Shown: one piece after another, positions 37,427 through 49,925 of the stretch
How the letters are laid out: each line of letters starts with the position of its first letter
Numbering within the stretch: the stretch's first letter is position 1
Assembly (NCBI GenBank): GCA_910588225.1
Contig: CAJUQT010000010.1
Coordinates: 29,224-93,223 of the forward strand
Direction of reading: 5' to 3'
Origin: an uncultured Acetatifactor sp.
GTDB taxonomy: Bacteria; Bacillota; Clostridia; Lachnospirales; Lachnospiraceae
DNA: 64,000 bases
Notes under the pieces: model-generated
The model's input: the letters and a program-made list of their open reading frames with translations, nothing else
Database searches by the model: none
Told to the model about the DNA's origin: nothing
Translations under genes and position numbers: made by a program

Positions 37427-40003
37427 TTATGATTCCTGATTTTCCTCTGCCTCTTTTACGACATTTTCATTTTTCTGTATCTCTTCTCCTTCAATATATT
37501 CCATGGCATCTTCCGGATTATCAAATTCCTGTTCGCCGTCTGATACCTTTTCTCTGACCTTAGCTATCTTGGCTATCTTTACTCCTTCTTCCATATCAAT
37601 CATCTTTACACCGGAAGTAACTCGTCCCAAAGTAGAAATGTCCTGCATCCTGAGCTGAATAATAATGCCTTCCGTACTTATCATCATAATTTCGTTTTCA
37701 TCGACCACAGCCTTGACGCCTACTACATTTCCTGTTCTTTCCGTAACCTTATAACATTTAATTCCCTTACCACCACGGTTCTGAACGGTAAATTCATTCA
37801 GATAAGTACGTTTTCCCAATCCGTTTTCAGATACAATCAAAAGAGAATCACCCTGACTCTGAAGCTGCATGCCTATAATTTCATCTTCATCGGATAAATT
37901 CATACCGATTACACCCATGGAACTTCTGCCTGTAGAACGTACATCTGTCTCCTTAAAGCGAATGCAGATTCCCTGTTTTGTCACCAGAAAAATTTCACTG
38001 TCCTTATCTGTAACTTTGACCTCAATCAGCTCATCATCACTTCGAAGGTTTATTGCTGTCAAGCCTTTTTTCCTGATATTAGTGAATTCCATCATGGAAG
38101 TCTTCTTTACAATTCCCTTCTTCGTGACCATGAAGAGATTATTCTCACTGTCATACTCCTTGATTGGAATCATTGCCGTGATTTTCTCTTCCGGTGCCAG
38201 CTGCAACAGATTTACTATGGCCGTTCCTCTGGCCGTTCTACCTGCCTCCGGAATTTCATATGCTTTTAAACGATAAACTCTTCCCAGACTGGTAAAGAAA
38301 TTCAGATAATGATGCGTAGTGGTCATCAACAGATCTTCTATAAAATCATTGTCGATGGTCTGCATACCTTTAATTCCTTTTCCCCCTCGGTTCTGAGATT
38401 TAAAATTATCTACTGTCATTCTCTTGATATATCCCAGAGAAGTCAAAGCAATCACTGTATTTTCATTTGGAATTAAATCTTCTACTGATATATCAGAATC
38501 ATCATAACTGATTTTACTGCGTCTGTCATCTCCAAACTTATCGGAAATCTCCATAATTTCTTTTTTGATGACACCCAGCAAAAGGTTCTTATCAGCCAGA
38601 ATCGTCTTCAACTCCTTTATCTTTTTCTGAAGCTCCTCATGTTCATTCTCCAGCTTTTCTCTTTCCAAACCTGTAAGAGCCCTCAACCGCATATCCACAA
38701 TAGCCTGGGCCTGGGCGTCCGACAATTCGAATCTTTCCATCAGCCTTTCTTTTGCAATCTGCGTATTACGGCTGCTGCGGATAATGGATATGACTTCATC
38801 AATGAAATCCAGAGCTTTTAACAGTCCCTGTAAAATATGATCTCTTTCTTCCGCTTTGTTAAGATCATACCTGGTTCTTCTTGTGACCACATCCTCCTGA
38901 TGTATCAGATAATATTTCAGCATATCAGGAAGATTCATTACTTTTGGCTGCTGATTGACCAGAGCCAGCAAAATGACACCAAAGGTATCCTGCAGCTGTG
39001 TATGCTTATATAATTGATTCAATATTACATTGGCATTGGCATCCTTGCGGAGCTCAATAACCACTCTGATACCTTCTCTGTTTGATTCGTCACGTATATC
39101 TGTGATCCCGTCAATTTTTTTAAGCTTTACCAGCTCTGCAATCTTTATAATCATATTTGCCTTATTAACCATGTAAGGCAGTTCAGTTGCAATAATCTGG
39201 CTTTTCCCGTTGGGAAGGGTTTCTATATTGGTTACAGCACGGACTATAATCTTGCCTCTTCCCGTTCTGTAGGCTTCATTACAGCCTCTTGTCCCCAAAA
39301 TAAGACCTCCTGTAGGAAAATCAGGCGCTTTCACAATAGAGAGAATTTCTTCAATAGAAGTCTCCCTGTTTTCGTTTACTCTGTTATCTATGATCTTTAC
39401 AATAGCGCTTACTATTTCACGAAGATTATGAGGCGGTATATTGGTAGCCATACCAACTGCAATCCCTGTGGTACCATTTACCAGCAGATTTGGATAACGG
39501 CTGGGAAGTACTTCCGGTTCTTTCTCCGTATCATCAAAGTTTGGAGCAAAATTAACTGTATCCTTGTTGATATCGGCCAGCAGCTCCATGGAAATTTTGG
39601 AAAGTCTTGCCTCCGTATAACGCATGGCAGCCGCACCGTCTCCATCCATAGAACCGAAATTCCCATGCCCGTCCACCAACGGATATCTTGTAGACCATTC
39701 CTGCGCCATATTAACCAGAGCCCCATAGATGGAACTGTCTCCATGCGGATGGTACTTACCCATTGTATCACCGACGATACGCGCACTTTTACGATGAGGC
39801 TTATCCGGTCCATTGTTCAGCTCAATCATGGAATAAAGCACTCGGCGCTGAACAGGCTTCAGCCCATCTCTGACATCCGGAAGTGCTCTGGAAGCAATGA
39901 CACTCATGGAATAATCGATGTAAAAGGATTCCATTTTCTCCTTTAAATCTACTTCATGAATCTTGTCCATCTCCGGGTTATTGTCAAAAATATCATCTTT
40001 CAT
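37427..40003 (-). CDS. gyrA: DNA gyrase subunit A
   Basis: [30 protein letters not shown], GyrA box QNRGGKG and C-terminal pinwheel repeats. Confidence 0.98.
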   Translation of the reverse strand: MKDDIFDNNPEMDKIHEVDLKEKMESFYIDYSMSVIASRALPDVRDGLKPVQRRVLYSMIELNNGPDKPHRKSARIVGDTMGKYHPHGDSSIYGALVNMAQEWSTRYPLVDGHGNFGSMDGDGAAAMRYTEARLSKISMELLADINKDTVNFAPNFDDTEKEPEVLPSRYPNLLVNGTTGIAVGMATNIPPHNLREIVSAIVKIIDNRVNENRETSIEEILSIVKAPDFPTGGLILGTRGCNEAYRTGRGKIIVRAVTNIETLPNGKSQIIATELPYMVNKANMIIKIAELVKLKKIDGITDIRDESNREGIRVVIELRKDANANVILNQLYKHTQLQDTFGVILLALVNQQPKVMNLPDMLKYYLIHQEDVVTRRTRYDLNKAEERDHILQGLLKALDFIDEVISIIRSSRNTQIAKERLMERFELSDAQAQAIVDMRLRALTGLEREKLENEHEELQKKIKELKTILADKNLLLGVIKKEIMEISDKFGDDRRSKISYDDSDISVEDLIPNENTVIALTSLGYIKRMTVDNFKSQNRGGKGIKGMQTIDNDFIEDLLMTTTHHYLNFFTSLGRVYRLKAYEIPEAGRTARGTAIVNLLQLAPEEKITAMIPIKEYDSENNLFMVTKKGIVKKTSMMEFTNIRKKGLTAINLRSDDELIEVKVTDKDSEIFLVTKQGICIRFKETDVRSTGRSSMGVIGMNLSDEDEIIGMQLQSQGDSLLIVSENGLGKRTYLNEFTVQNRGGKGIKCYKVTERTGNVVGVKAVVDENEIMMISTEGIIIQLRMQDISTLGRVTSGVKMIDMEEGVKIAKIAKVREKVSDGEQEFDNPEDAMEYIEGEEIQKNENVVKEAEENQES

Positions 40004-40099
40004 TCTGTTCCTCTTTCATTGTCATAGGAAATGCCGTGAAATAACCTGTACAATCAAATTATTTTCGGACAGTTCCTTACTCTCACGCTTCAAAAAATG

Positions 40100-42208
<2,109 letters not shown>

Positions 42209-42213
42209 CTATT

Positions 42214-43314
42214 TTACGATACAACTTCCGTATTCATACAACTTACGGTTCCTTCCGATACCCTGTAAACCCTGTTTATTTCAAATCTGTGGTTAACAAA
42301 TTCTTCCAGACCGGTACAGGTAATAATGGTCTGAATATCCCCTATACTGTTCAAAAGATAATTCTGCCTGTTAGAATCCAGTTCAGATAATACATCGTCC
42401 AACAAAAGGATTGGATTATCTTTGGTAATTTTCTTCACAAGTTCTATCTCAGATAGTTTCAAAGAAAGGGCTGCCGTCCTCTGCTGCCCTTGAGAACCGT
42501 ATCTTCTGATATCCACATTCTCTATCATAAATGAAAAATCATCCCTGTGAGGACCTGTCGATGTTATCTTCGACTTGATATCTCTGTCCTGGTTGTGCCG
42601 CAGCTTTTGTTCAAATTCTTCTATCTCCACATCCGGCTCATAATGTATGATAAGCTTCTCTCTGTCTCCGGAAAGTTTTCTGTGAATATCATAAATAATA
42701 TCATTTAACTGTTCTACGAATAACTTTCTGCGCTCTATTATTTTGCTTCCAAAAGAAACCAGCTGCATATCCCATATTCCCAAAGTTTCTTTCAGGGATG
42801 GATTCATATACATATCTTTTAAAAGTTTATTGCGTTGATTGACAATTTTATTGTAATGATTCAGGTTATAAAGGTAAAAACTGTCCAACTGACACAATTC
42901 CATATCTACAAATCTTCTTCTTTCGACGGGTCCATTCTTGATAATTCCCAAATCCTCCGGTGAAAAAAATACCACATTACACAGACCAAGCAAATCCGCA
43001 GCCTTTTTTATCTTCTGCCCATCGATAGCAATCCCTTTTGATTTGGTTTTTCTTAAGTGCATGTCGACTCTCGTCTCCACACCCTCTTTTTCCAGAAAAG
43101 TTCTTATATGTCCCTCTTCTCTGTCGAAATTAACGATTTCTCTGTCCTTGCTTCCCTTATGGGATTTCGTGGTGGCTGCCATAAAAATAGCTTCCAGTAT
43201 ATTCGTTTTTCCCTGTGCATTATCCCCATACAGGATATTTGTTCCTCTGTCGAACTGCATGACAAGAAAATCGTAATTTCTGTAACCTGCCAGTTCAATT
43301 GATTTGATCACCAT
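42214..43314 (-). CDS. recF: DNA replication/repair protein RecF
   Basis: GDNAQGKTN, GSQGQQR, LLDDVLSELD. Confidence 0.97.
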   Translation of the reverse strand: MVIKSIELAGYRNYDFLVMQFDRGTNILYGDNAQGKTNILEAIFMAATTKSHKGSKDREIVNFDREEGHIRTFLEKEGVETRVDMHLRKTKSKGIAIDGQKIKKAADLLGLCNVVFFSPEDLGIIKNGPVERRRFVDMELCQLDSFYLYNLNHYNKIVNQRNKLLKDMYMNPSLKETLGIWDMQLVSFGSKIIERRKLFVEQLNDIIYDIHRKLSGDREKLIIHYEPDVEIEEFEQKLRHNQDRDIKSKITSTGPHRDDFSFMIENVDIRRYGSQGQQRTAALSLKLSEIELVKKITKDNPILLLDDVLSELDSNRQNYLLNSIGDIQTIITCTGLEEFVNHRFEINRVYRVSEGTVSCMNTEVVS

Positions 43315-43327
43315 AATAATACCGTCT

Positions 43328-43537
43328 TTACATTTCTATTTTGATGGTTTTTCCTCTATATTCCACAATGTCGCCAACTGACAACTTTTTTCCCCGTCTT
43401 GTTTCAATCTCTCCATTTACTTTCACCAGGCCATCCTGAATCTCATACTTTGCCTCCACACCGGAATCTGCCATTCCGGCAGCCTTTAAGGCCTGACCAA
43501 GCTTTATATAATCCTCTTTCAGATGTATGATTTCCAT
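43328..43537 (-). CDS. yaaA: S4-domain RNA-binding protein YaaA
   Basis: YIKLGQALK...SGVEAK...VNGE.ETRRGKKL, between dnaN and recF. Confidence 0.92.
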   Translation of the reverse strand: MEIIHLKEDYIKLGQALKAAGMADSGVEAKYEIQDGLVKVNGEIETRRGKKLSVGDIVEYRGKTIKIEM

Positions 43538-43579
43538 TCTTCTCTCTTTCTCCTCAGAAACTTACACCAAACCATGATG

Positions 43580-44701
43580 TTACTGATGGCCTGCATAATT
43601 TGCTACAAGGCTTACCGGAAGTATCAGATAAATATATCCTTTGTCCTCATTTTTAATGAAACAGGGGGCTTTCGGATTTACCATGTAAAGATCCACCTCT
43701 TCTTCATCAATGACCCTGAGTGCATCTATCAGGAATTTAGGATTAAAACCGATCATCAGATCTCTTCCCTGCTTTTCAATATCAATATCTTCATTCATAC
43801 TCCCCAGGGCAGATTCAATTCTCAATGCCATGCCGGCATCGCTGATATTGATAACAATTGGTTTTCTGTCTCCTTCTCTGGTCAAAAGAGTAGCTCTGTC
43901 GATACAATTCAGGAATTCCTTTTTATTTACGCTTACCTTTGTCTCATAATCGCTGGAAAGCATTCTGTCAATGTTGAAATATTCTCCTTCTATCAATCTG
44001 GATACTACAACCGTATTCTCAAATTCAAATACAATATGTTTTGAAGTAAAATATATGGTCAGAAAACTGTCTGCTCCTCCGGGAAGAATCCTGCTCACTT
44101 CATTCAACGTTTTACCGGGAACAATCACCTTCTTCGGCGCATATGTTTCCCTCAACTGAATTTTACGAATCGAAATACGATGTCCATCTGAAGAAACCAG
44201 CTTTAACTCGTCTCCGTTGATTTCAAATAATTCTCCTGTCATCAGCTTATTATTGTCATTGTCCGCAATGGAAAAAATTGTCTGTCTTACCATTTCCTTC
44301 AGAGCAAACTGACTGATTGAGATACTCTCTTCTTTTTCCACTACAGGCAGATAGGAGAAATCTTCTCCTGATTTACCCATTAAAGTGAACTTTGCCTTTT
44401 CACATGTAATAATTGTTTTATAAGAAGAATCTGTTTCTATCCTAATGAAACTGTCGGGAAGTTTTCTTACAATTTCAAGGAAAATTTTCGCGTCCAGTGC
44501 AATTAATCCTTTTTCCTGAATTTCTCCTTCTATAACTGTCTCTATTCCCAAATCCATATCATTGGCAGTTAAGGTGATCAATCCGTTGGAAGCATCTATT
44601 AATATACATTCAAGAATGGACATTGTAGTTTTATTGGGAACAGCTCTTGATACAATCTGTACACCATTCAGAAGATTTGATTTTGAACAAATTAATTTCA
44701 T
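43580..44701 (-). CDS. dnaN: DNA polymerase III beta clamp
   Basis: DGHRIS, SRLIEG.Y, GFNPKFLIDAL, YLILPV; canonical position. Confidence 0.97.
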   Translation of the reverse strand: MKLICSKSNLLNGVQIVSRAVPNKTTMSILECILIDASNGLITLTANDMDLGIETVIEGEIQEKGLIALDAKIFLEIVRKLPDSFIRIETDSSYKTIITCEKAKFTLMGKSGEDFSYLPVVEKEESISISQFALKEMVRQTIFSIADNDNNKLMTGELFEINGDELKLVSSDGHRISIRKIQLRETYAPKKVIVPGKTLNEVSRILPGGADSFLTIYFTSKHIVFEFENTVVVSRLIEGEYFNIDRMLSSDYETKVSVNKKEFLNCIDRATLLTREGDRKPIVINISDAGMALRIESALGSMNEDIDIEKQGRDLMIGFNPKFLIDALRVIDEEEVDLYMVNPKAPCFIKNEDKGYIYLILPVSLVANYAGHQ

Positions 44702-44739
44702 GTAGATAACTCCTTCCCTGTCAGAAAAAATCTCGTTTC

Positions 44740-44969
44740 TTATATATAAATAAAGAATTTCATAATATTAATAATAATGGCTGTTGATAAGTGCATAAGT
44801 ATCTCTATTATACTATTTTTCAAGGAAAAATGGAATGGAAAACTTGTTAATAATGAAAAAATATCATGAGAATAAAAGTGAAGTTATTCACGTCCTTTTT
44901 TCTCTTTTCTTTTCCTTCCCCTTCAGAAGATATATTAACCACATACAACCCACATGGATATGTGGTTAA
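44740..44969. other. oriC part 2: DnaA boxes, DnaA-trios and AT-rich unwinding element in the dnaA-dnaN gap
   Basis: Near-consensus boxes at 44782 (TGTTGATAA), 44790 (AGTGCATAA), 44884, 44935 and 44961. TAA-TAT-TAA-TAA-TAA at 44763-44777 lies next to GGC and the tandem boxes, followed by an AT-rich run. Confidence 0.8.
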
Positions 44970-44984
44970 TTTTTCTGGAAAGGT

Positions 44985-45023
44985 TTCTAAGAAGGGTTTA
45001 TCTTCTAAGAAGGGTTTATCTTC
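44985..45023. repeat. 18-bp perfect tandem duplication spanning the dnaA stop codon
   Basis: TTCTAAGAAGGGTTTATC at 44985-45002 and 45003-45020. Confidence 0.9.
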
Positions 45024-46369
45024 TTTATTATAATATCCACCTTATTTTTAAGCTCTTCATTTGTCTTCATTTCCGCGGTAATTTTGTTGACTCCATGAAT
45101 GATAGTGGTATGGTCTTTTTTCCCCAGAAGCTTTCCTATATTCACATAGGAAGTATCAGTCAGTTCACGGCAGAGATACATAACAATCTGTCTGGGAAGT
45201 ACAAATTCGGAATTTCTCTTTTTAGATGTAATATCTTCTGGTCTTACGCCGCAGTGTTCCGAAACTACGTTAATAATCAGAGAAGGGGTAATTTCTCTTG
45301 CCTTGTTGGGGTAAATAACGTCCTTCAGTGCTTCTTCGGCTATGGCAAGGGTCAGATCCACTTTGTTTAGCTTACCGGCGGCGGCTACTTTATTGAAAGC
45401 ACCTTCCAGCTCTCTAATGTTGGATTTGATATTGGTAGCAATATATTTGATGATTTCCTCATCAATAGGGTGGATAGAATGCTCGGCATTTTTACGGAGA
45501 ATTGCCATTCTCGTCTCGTAATCGGGAGGTTGTATATCAGCAATTAATCCCCATTCAAATCTGGAACGAAATCTTTCATCCAGAGTTTCTATTTCTTTTG
45601 GCGGCTTATCCGATGATAGGATGATTTGTTTTCTGGCGGAATGGAGTACATTAAATGTGTGGAAAAATTCTTCCTGTGTACTTTCTTTTCCTATAATAAA
45701 CTGTACATCATCTACCATCAGAACGTCTACGGTTCTGTATTTTTCGCGGAGTTTTGTCATGGAAGCAGCATTACCGCTTCTGATAGACTCAATTACTTCA
45801 TTTGTAAATTCTTCGCTGGTTACATAGAGAACTTTTTTATCTGGATTCTGTTCCATAATAAAATGACCTATGGAATGCATCAGATGTGTTTTGCCCAGTC
45901 CGGGACCTCCATATAGATAAAGAGGGTTATAAGTAAGTCCTGGAGATTCCGCTACTGCAAGGGAAGCAGAATGTGCAAATTTATTGCTGCTGCCTACTAC
46001 AAATGTATCAAATTTATATTTAGGATTGAGATTTGCGTTTTCGGAATTTATGTTACTGGAGGAATCATTTTCTGCAGGAGGGTTGTCCTTCTGCATTTCT
46101 TTGATTATATCTTTTTCCTGGACAAATTTAATATCATAATCTTCTTCCAGCATCTCCGTTATGGTGACCTGGAAAAAACTCTTATACCTGGAAGAAATAT
46201 AATCAATCATATGAGATTGTTCTTCCGGTATGATTATGCTTACTATATGATTGTCTGCATTGTATAATGCAAGAGGTTCTACCCATGTTCTGTAGGAAAT
46301 ATCAGTCAGGTCATATTCTCTCTTAATTGTTTCCTTTATAACAGTCCATTTTTCCCTGATACTTTCCAT
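45005..46369 (-). CDS. dnaA: Chromosomal replication initiator DnaA
   Basis: YNPLYLYGGPGLGKTHLM, LMVDDVQF, RFRSRFEWGL, NIRELEGA, DHTTIIHG. Confidence 0.99.
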   Translation of the reverse strand: MESIREKWTVIKETIKREYDLTDISYRTWVEPLALYNADNHIVSIIIPEEQSHMIDYISSRYKSFFQVTITEMLEEDYDIKFVQEKDIIKEMQKDNPPAENDSSSNINSENANLNPKYKFDTFVVGSSNKFAHSASLAVAESPGLTYNPLYLYGGPGLGKTHLMHSIGHFIMEQNPDKKVLYVTSEEFTNEVIESIRSGNAASMTKLREKYRTVDVLMVDDVQFIIGKESTQEEFFHTFNVLHSARKQIILSSDKPPKEIETLDERFRSRFEWGLIADIQPPDYETRMAILRKNAEHSIHPIDEEIIKYIATNIKSNIRELEGAFNKVAAAGKLNKVDLTLAIAEEALKDVIYPNKAREITPSLIINVVSEHCGVRPEDITSKKRNSEFVLPRQIVMYLCRELTDTSYVNIGKLLGKKDHTTIIHGVNKITAEMKTNEELKNKVDIIIKKINPS

Positions 46370-46468
46370 TTACTTTTCCTCCCTCAAACGAAAATGCTGC
46401 ATTTCATTATTGTAATATAGATTTCAAAAGATTTCAAATATTAGTTTTGAACATATATAGGGATAATG

Positions 46469-46709
46469 TTATCCACATAATGTGAATAAATCTGTTTATA
46501 ATTTTTTTTTATACATACAGATGTGGATATAAATGTGAATAAGTGGATAAGTATGTGGTATGAGAAAGTGGCTGTTTTACTGTGGTTTGTGGATATTATT
46601 TGTTTTATTACACAGGATTCGGATATTTTTTTCTGAATTATCCACAAATAATCAACATAATGTGTATAACTTTATACTATGTATTTATTGTGGATATCTA
46701 TGTGTATAA
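46469..46709. other. oriC part 1: DnaA-box cluster in the dnaA-rpmH intergenic region
   Basis: Six TTATNCACA matches (46469, 46481, 46534, 46638, 46661, 46701) plus several one-mismatch boxes (46522, 46542, 46588, 46689). Confidence 0.9.
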
Positions 46710-46761
46710 CTCACTTAAAATTTTTTTATTATATAAAAATCCTGTTTTTGCCGAATTTTCC

Positions 46762-46790
46762 TTGACATAAGGCTTTTTTTTTTATACAAT
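46762..46790 (+). promoter_or_regulatory. sigma70/SigA promoter of the rpmH operon
   Basis: TTGACA-N17-TACAAT; the spacer contains a T10 run. Confidence 0.8.
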
Positions 46791-46877
46791 CAATATGCTA
46801 TTTTCCTGAAATATACGCATGAAAAGAAAATAAGTTGCCTTTATATAAAAGGTTTAGAGAAAAGGAGGTGCTTTTCC

Positions 46878-47012
46878 ATGAAAATGACATTTCAGCCCAA
46901 AAAGCGTTCGCATGCTCGGGTTCACGGCTTCAGAGCAAGAATGAGTACTCGCGGGGGAAGAAAAGTTTTGGCGGCCAGACGTGCAAAAGGAAGAAAAGTA
47001 TTGTCCGCATAG
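46878..47012 (+). CDS. rpmH: 50S ribosomal protein L34
   Basis: Below the ORF-track cutoff; translated by hand as [54 protein letters not shown]. Confidence 0.98.
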   Translation: MKMTFQPKKRSHARVHGFRARMSTRGGRKVLAARRAKGRKVLSA

Positions 47013-47034
47013 GTCACAGAAATGTGACCTTTTT
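47011..47034 (+). terminator. Terminator/attenuator hairpin between rpmH and rnpA
   Basis: AGGTCACA-GAAA-TGTGACCT-TTTT. Confidence 0.75.
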
Positions 47035-47069
47035 GATTACGTTTGTGAAATGCAGACGGAGGATGGCAG

Positions 47070-47423
47070 ATGAGATTTTCTGAAAGTCTGAGGAAAAATC
47101 ACAGATTTCAATTTGTTTATAAGAACGGTAAATCTTATGCAGACAGGTATCTGGTTATGTATGTGAAGGAAAATGGCACGGAGAAGAACCGGATTGGAAT
47201 CAGTGTGAGTAAAAAGGTCGGAAATAGTGTCATAAGACACAGAGTGACGAGACTGATAAGAGAAAGTTACAGATTACATGAAGCGGTATTTAATAGTGGT
47301 TTGGATATTGTAATCGTTGCAAGGAAGAGCACAGCTTCGGCAGGATATTATGATATTGAAAAAGCTCTGCTTCACCTTGGAAAGCTTCACCATATTATTA
47401 AGGTATATTTTTATGTTGATTAA
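47070..47423 (+). CDS. rnpA: Ribonuclease P protein component
   Basis: RIGISVSKKVGNSVIRHRVTRLIRE (RNR-like motif). Confidence 0.95.
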   Translation: MRFSESLRKNHRFQFVYKNGKSYADRYLVMYVKENGTEKNRIGISVSKKVGNSVIRHRVTRLIRESYRLHEAVFNSGLDIVIVARKSTASAGYYDIEKALLHLGKLHHIIKVYFYVD

Positions 47424-47446
47424 GGTTTTAGTATTTTTTTGAGATC

Positions 47447-47695
47447 ATGAAAAAATTATTGGTTGCCGGTATTCGATTTTATCAGAAATATTTGTCTCCC
47501 TTGAAGAGAACAAAATGTCCTTATATTCCCTGCTGTTCTCAGTATGGCCTGGAGGCCATTCAGAAGCACGGTGCTTTTAAGGGCAGTTTGCTGGCCGGGT
47601 GGAGAATACTGCGCTGTAATCCTTTTTCAAAAGGGGGGTTTGACCCGGTTCCGGATGAAATTGTCATCGGAAAAAGGAGAAATCAGGGGAATTGA
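47447..47695 (+). CDS. yidD: Membrane protein insertion efficiency factor YidD
   Basis: YQKYLSP...C.Y.P.CSQY...RILRCNPFSKGGFDPVP. Confidence 0.93.
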   Translation: MKKLLVAGIRFYQKYLSPLKRTKCPYIPCCSQYGLEAIQKHGAFKGSLLAGWRILRCNPFSKGGFDPVPDEIVIGKRRNQGN

Positions 47696-47732
47696 TGAAC
47701 CGACACAATCTGACTGAGAGGATAGAGAATAA

Positions 47733-49076
47733 ATGAATTTAATTTTACTGACTCAGAATACCACCCCAATTATAGGGCAAGTTGCATGGCTGCTCGGTAA
47801 AATCATGAACGCGATATTTTATGTGATTGATTTTATCGGAATTCCCAATATAGGTCTTGCAATTATTCTGTTTACGATTGTGGTAAATCTGTTAATGACG
47901 CCTCTGAATATTAAGCAGCAGAAATTCTCCAAGCTTTCTGCGAAAATGAATCCGGAATTACAGGCAATCGAGGCAAAGTATAAGGGAAGAAAAGATAATG
48001 ATTCCATGATGGCAAAGAATCAGGAGATTCAGCTTGTCTATGCAAAGTATGGTGTATCTCCAAGCGGAAGCTGTGTGCAGCTGCTGATTCAGATGCCAAT
48101 ACTGTTCGCCCTGTATCGAGTCATTTATTCCATGCCCGCTTATGTGACAAAGATTGGAAATACTTTCAGGGTATTGGCTGATAAAATCATATCTCTTGAC
48201 GGAGGTGAATTCCTTCAGAATTCAGGTTCTGACAGTATTTCAAATGTAGTCAGTATGTATGGAAGATCCATGACGGATGGAAATCTAAGCAATGGCATTA
48301 TAGATGTATTGAATAAATTGTCCTCTGCCGACCTGGCAGTAATAGCGGAGCATTATAATTTAACCAGTCTCACTTATCCTGAAGTGGGAGGTCAGTTGAT
48401 TTTAAGCAATGAATCAACCAGGGGGTTAATAGATATTTATAATAATTTCCTGGGTCTGAATATGGGAGATTCTCCCAGTGCTCTGATTAAGACAGGTATG
48501 GAACTGGGTGCGTGGGGAATTATAATCGGTGCTGTGATGATTCCTGTTCTGTCCGCAGTGACACAGTGGATTAATGTAAAGCTGATGCCTCAGCAGCAGC
48601 CTGCTTCCGGTAATGAGAAGGCTTCCAGTATGGCTGCTTCTATGAAGACTATGAATATGATTATGCCTCTGATGTCCGCATGGTTCTGCTTTTCATTTCC
48701 TGCAGGTATGGGTCTGTACTGGGTGGCCGGAAGTGTTGTAAGAAGTATTCAGCAGATTATCATTAATAAGCATATTGATAAGATGGATTTTGAGCAGGTG
48801 ATAGCGAAGAATTCTGTCAAAAGTGCAAAAAAAATGGAAAGACTGCAGAAAAATCAGGAAAGAATGAATGCTTATGCGAATATGAATACAAGGAATATTC
48901 AGAGCAGATCAAGTATTCAGAGCAAGGCAAATGTGAATTCCGGTGTATCCGAGAAGGAAAAGGAAGCAGCTTCGAAAGAAAATCAGCAGTATAGAAGCAG
49001 CAGTGCCAAACCTGGAAGCATGATGGAAAAGGCTAATATGGTTAGAGAATATAACGAGAGAAACAACAGTAAGTAA
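47733..49076 (+). CDS. yidC: YidC/Oxa1 membrane insertase
   Basis: GLAIILFTI.V, PELQAI..KY, GSC..LLIQMPILFALY, PAGMGLYW; canonical position. Confidence 0.93.
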   Translation: MNLILLTQNTTPIIGQVAWLLGKIMNAIFYVIDFIGIPNIGLAIILFTIVVNLLMTPLNIKQQKFSKLSAKMNPELQAIEAKYKGRKDNDSMMAKNQEIQLVYAKYGVSPSGSCVQLLIQMPILFALYRVIYSMPAYVTKIGNTFRVLADKIISLDGGEFLQNSGSDSISNVVSMYGRSMTDGNLSNGIIDVLNKLSSADLAVIAEHYNLTSLTYPEVGGQLILSNESTRGLIDIYNNFLGLNMGDSPSALIKTGMELGAWGIIIGAVMIPVLSAVTQWINVKLMPQQQPASGNEKASSMAASMKTMNMIMPLMSAWFCFSFPAGMGLYWVAGSVVRSIQQIIINKHIDKMDFEQVIAKNSVKSAKKMERLQKNQERMNAYANMNTRNIQSRSSIQSKANVNSGVSEKEKEAASKENQQYRSSSAKPGSMMEKANMVREYNERNNSK

Positions 49077-49135
49077 AATAATCTCGAATATTGATGAAAG
49101 AATTCTGCGGAACTAAAATGAGGAGGTTTAAAGAG

Positions 49136-49780
49136 ATGGTTAAAGAGCAGGAGTATATTGAAATATCTGCTAAGACTTTAAATGAAGCTATTACAGAGGC
49201 ATGTCAGAAATTTGGTGTGACCAGTGATAAACTTGATTATCAGGTAATAGAGGAAGGTTCTGCCGGGTTTTTAGGAATTGGTTCCAAACCTGCAATTATA
49301 AAAGCTGCCGTGAAGATGGAAGAAATGTCTGTTGAAGAAGTGGCTGAAAATTTCCTGAGCGATGTATTTAAGGCAATGAGTATGAATGTGGCCGTTGAAG
49401 TGAGATATCAGGAAGATGAGAAGACCATGGATATAGAGCTTTCCGGAGAAGAAATGGGTGTATTAATCGGAAAGAGAGGACAGACTCTTGATTCTCTGCA
49501 GTATCTGGTTTCTTTGGTAGTAAACAGGGAGACAGAAGATTATGTGAGAGTGAAGGTTGATACGGAAGATTACAGGCAGAGAAGAAAGGAAACTCTGGAA
49601 AATCTGGCCAAAAATATAGCCTACAAAGTGAAAAAGACCAGAAGACCTGTATCTTTGGAGCCGATGAATCCATATGAGAGAAGAATAATTCATTCAGCTC
49701 TGCAAAATGATAAGTATATATCTACTCACAGTGAGGGAGATGATCCTTTCAGGAGAGTAGTTGTTACTTATAAGAGATAA
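49136..49780 (+). CDS. jag: Jag/EloR/KhpB RNA-binding protein (Jag_N, KH, R3H)
   Basis: LIGKRGQTLDSLQYL and LEPMNPYERRIIHSAL. ATG 49136 with GAGGAGG RBS. Confidence 0.95.
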   Translation: MVKEQEYIEISAKTLNEAITEACQKFGVTSDKLDYQVIEEGSAGFLGIGSKPAIIKAAVKMEEMSVEEVAENFLSDVFKAMSMNVAVEVRYQEDEKTMDIELSGEEMGVLIGKRGQTLDSLQYLVSLVVNRETEDYVRVKVDTEDYRQRRKETLENLAKNIAYKVKKTRRPVSLEPMNPYERRIIHSALQNDKYISTHSEGDDPFRRVVVTYKR

Positions 49781-49791
49781 ATTAAAAAAGG

Positions 49792-49845
49792 AAAGGGCTG
49801 TGGCATTAAGAAAAAAGTGAATTGACTTAATGCGGCGGCCCTTTT
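49792..49845 (+). terminator. Intrinsic terminator after jag
   Basis: AAAGGGC...GCATTAAG ... CTTAATGC...GCCCTTTT long stem followed by a T tract. Confidence 0.7.
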
Positions 49846-49925
49846 GTAATAAATGGCAGAATTGTTACAATAAATGTAATTATTTATTTTATGTGTGATG
49901 AGATACACAGATTGTTAAAAAATAT

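Noticed and set aside
46441-47083. Short ORF-track entries in the dnaA-rpmH region
   Set aside because: They overlap the DnaA-box array, promoter and rpmH and have no coding features.
48130-48500. Large extra loop in YidC
   Set aside because: Extended loops are, to my knowledge, common in Lachnospiraceae YidC, so this was not treated as unusual.
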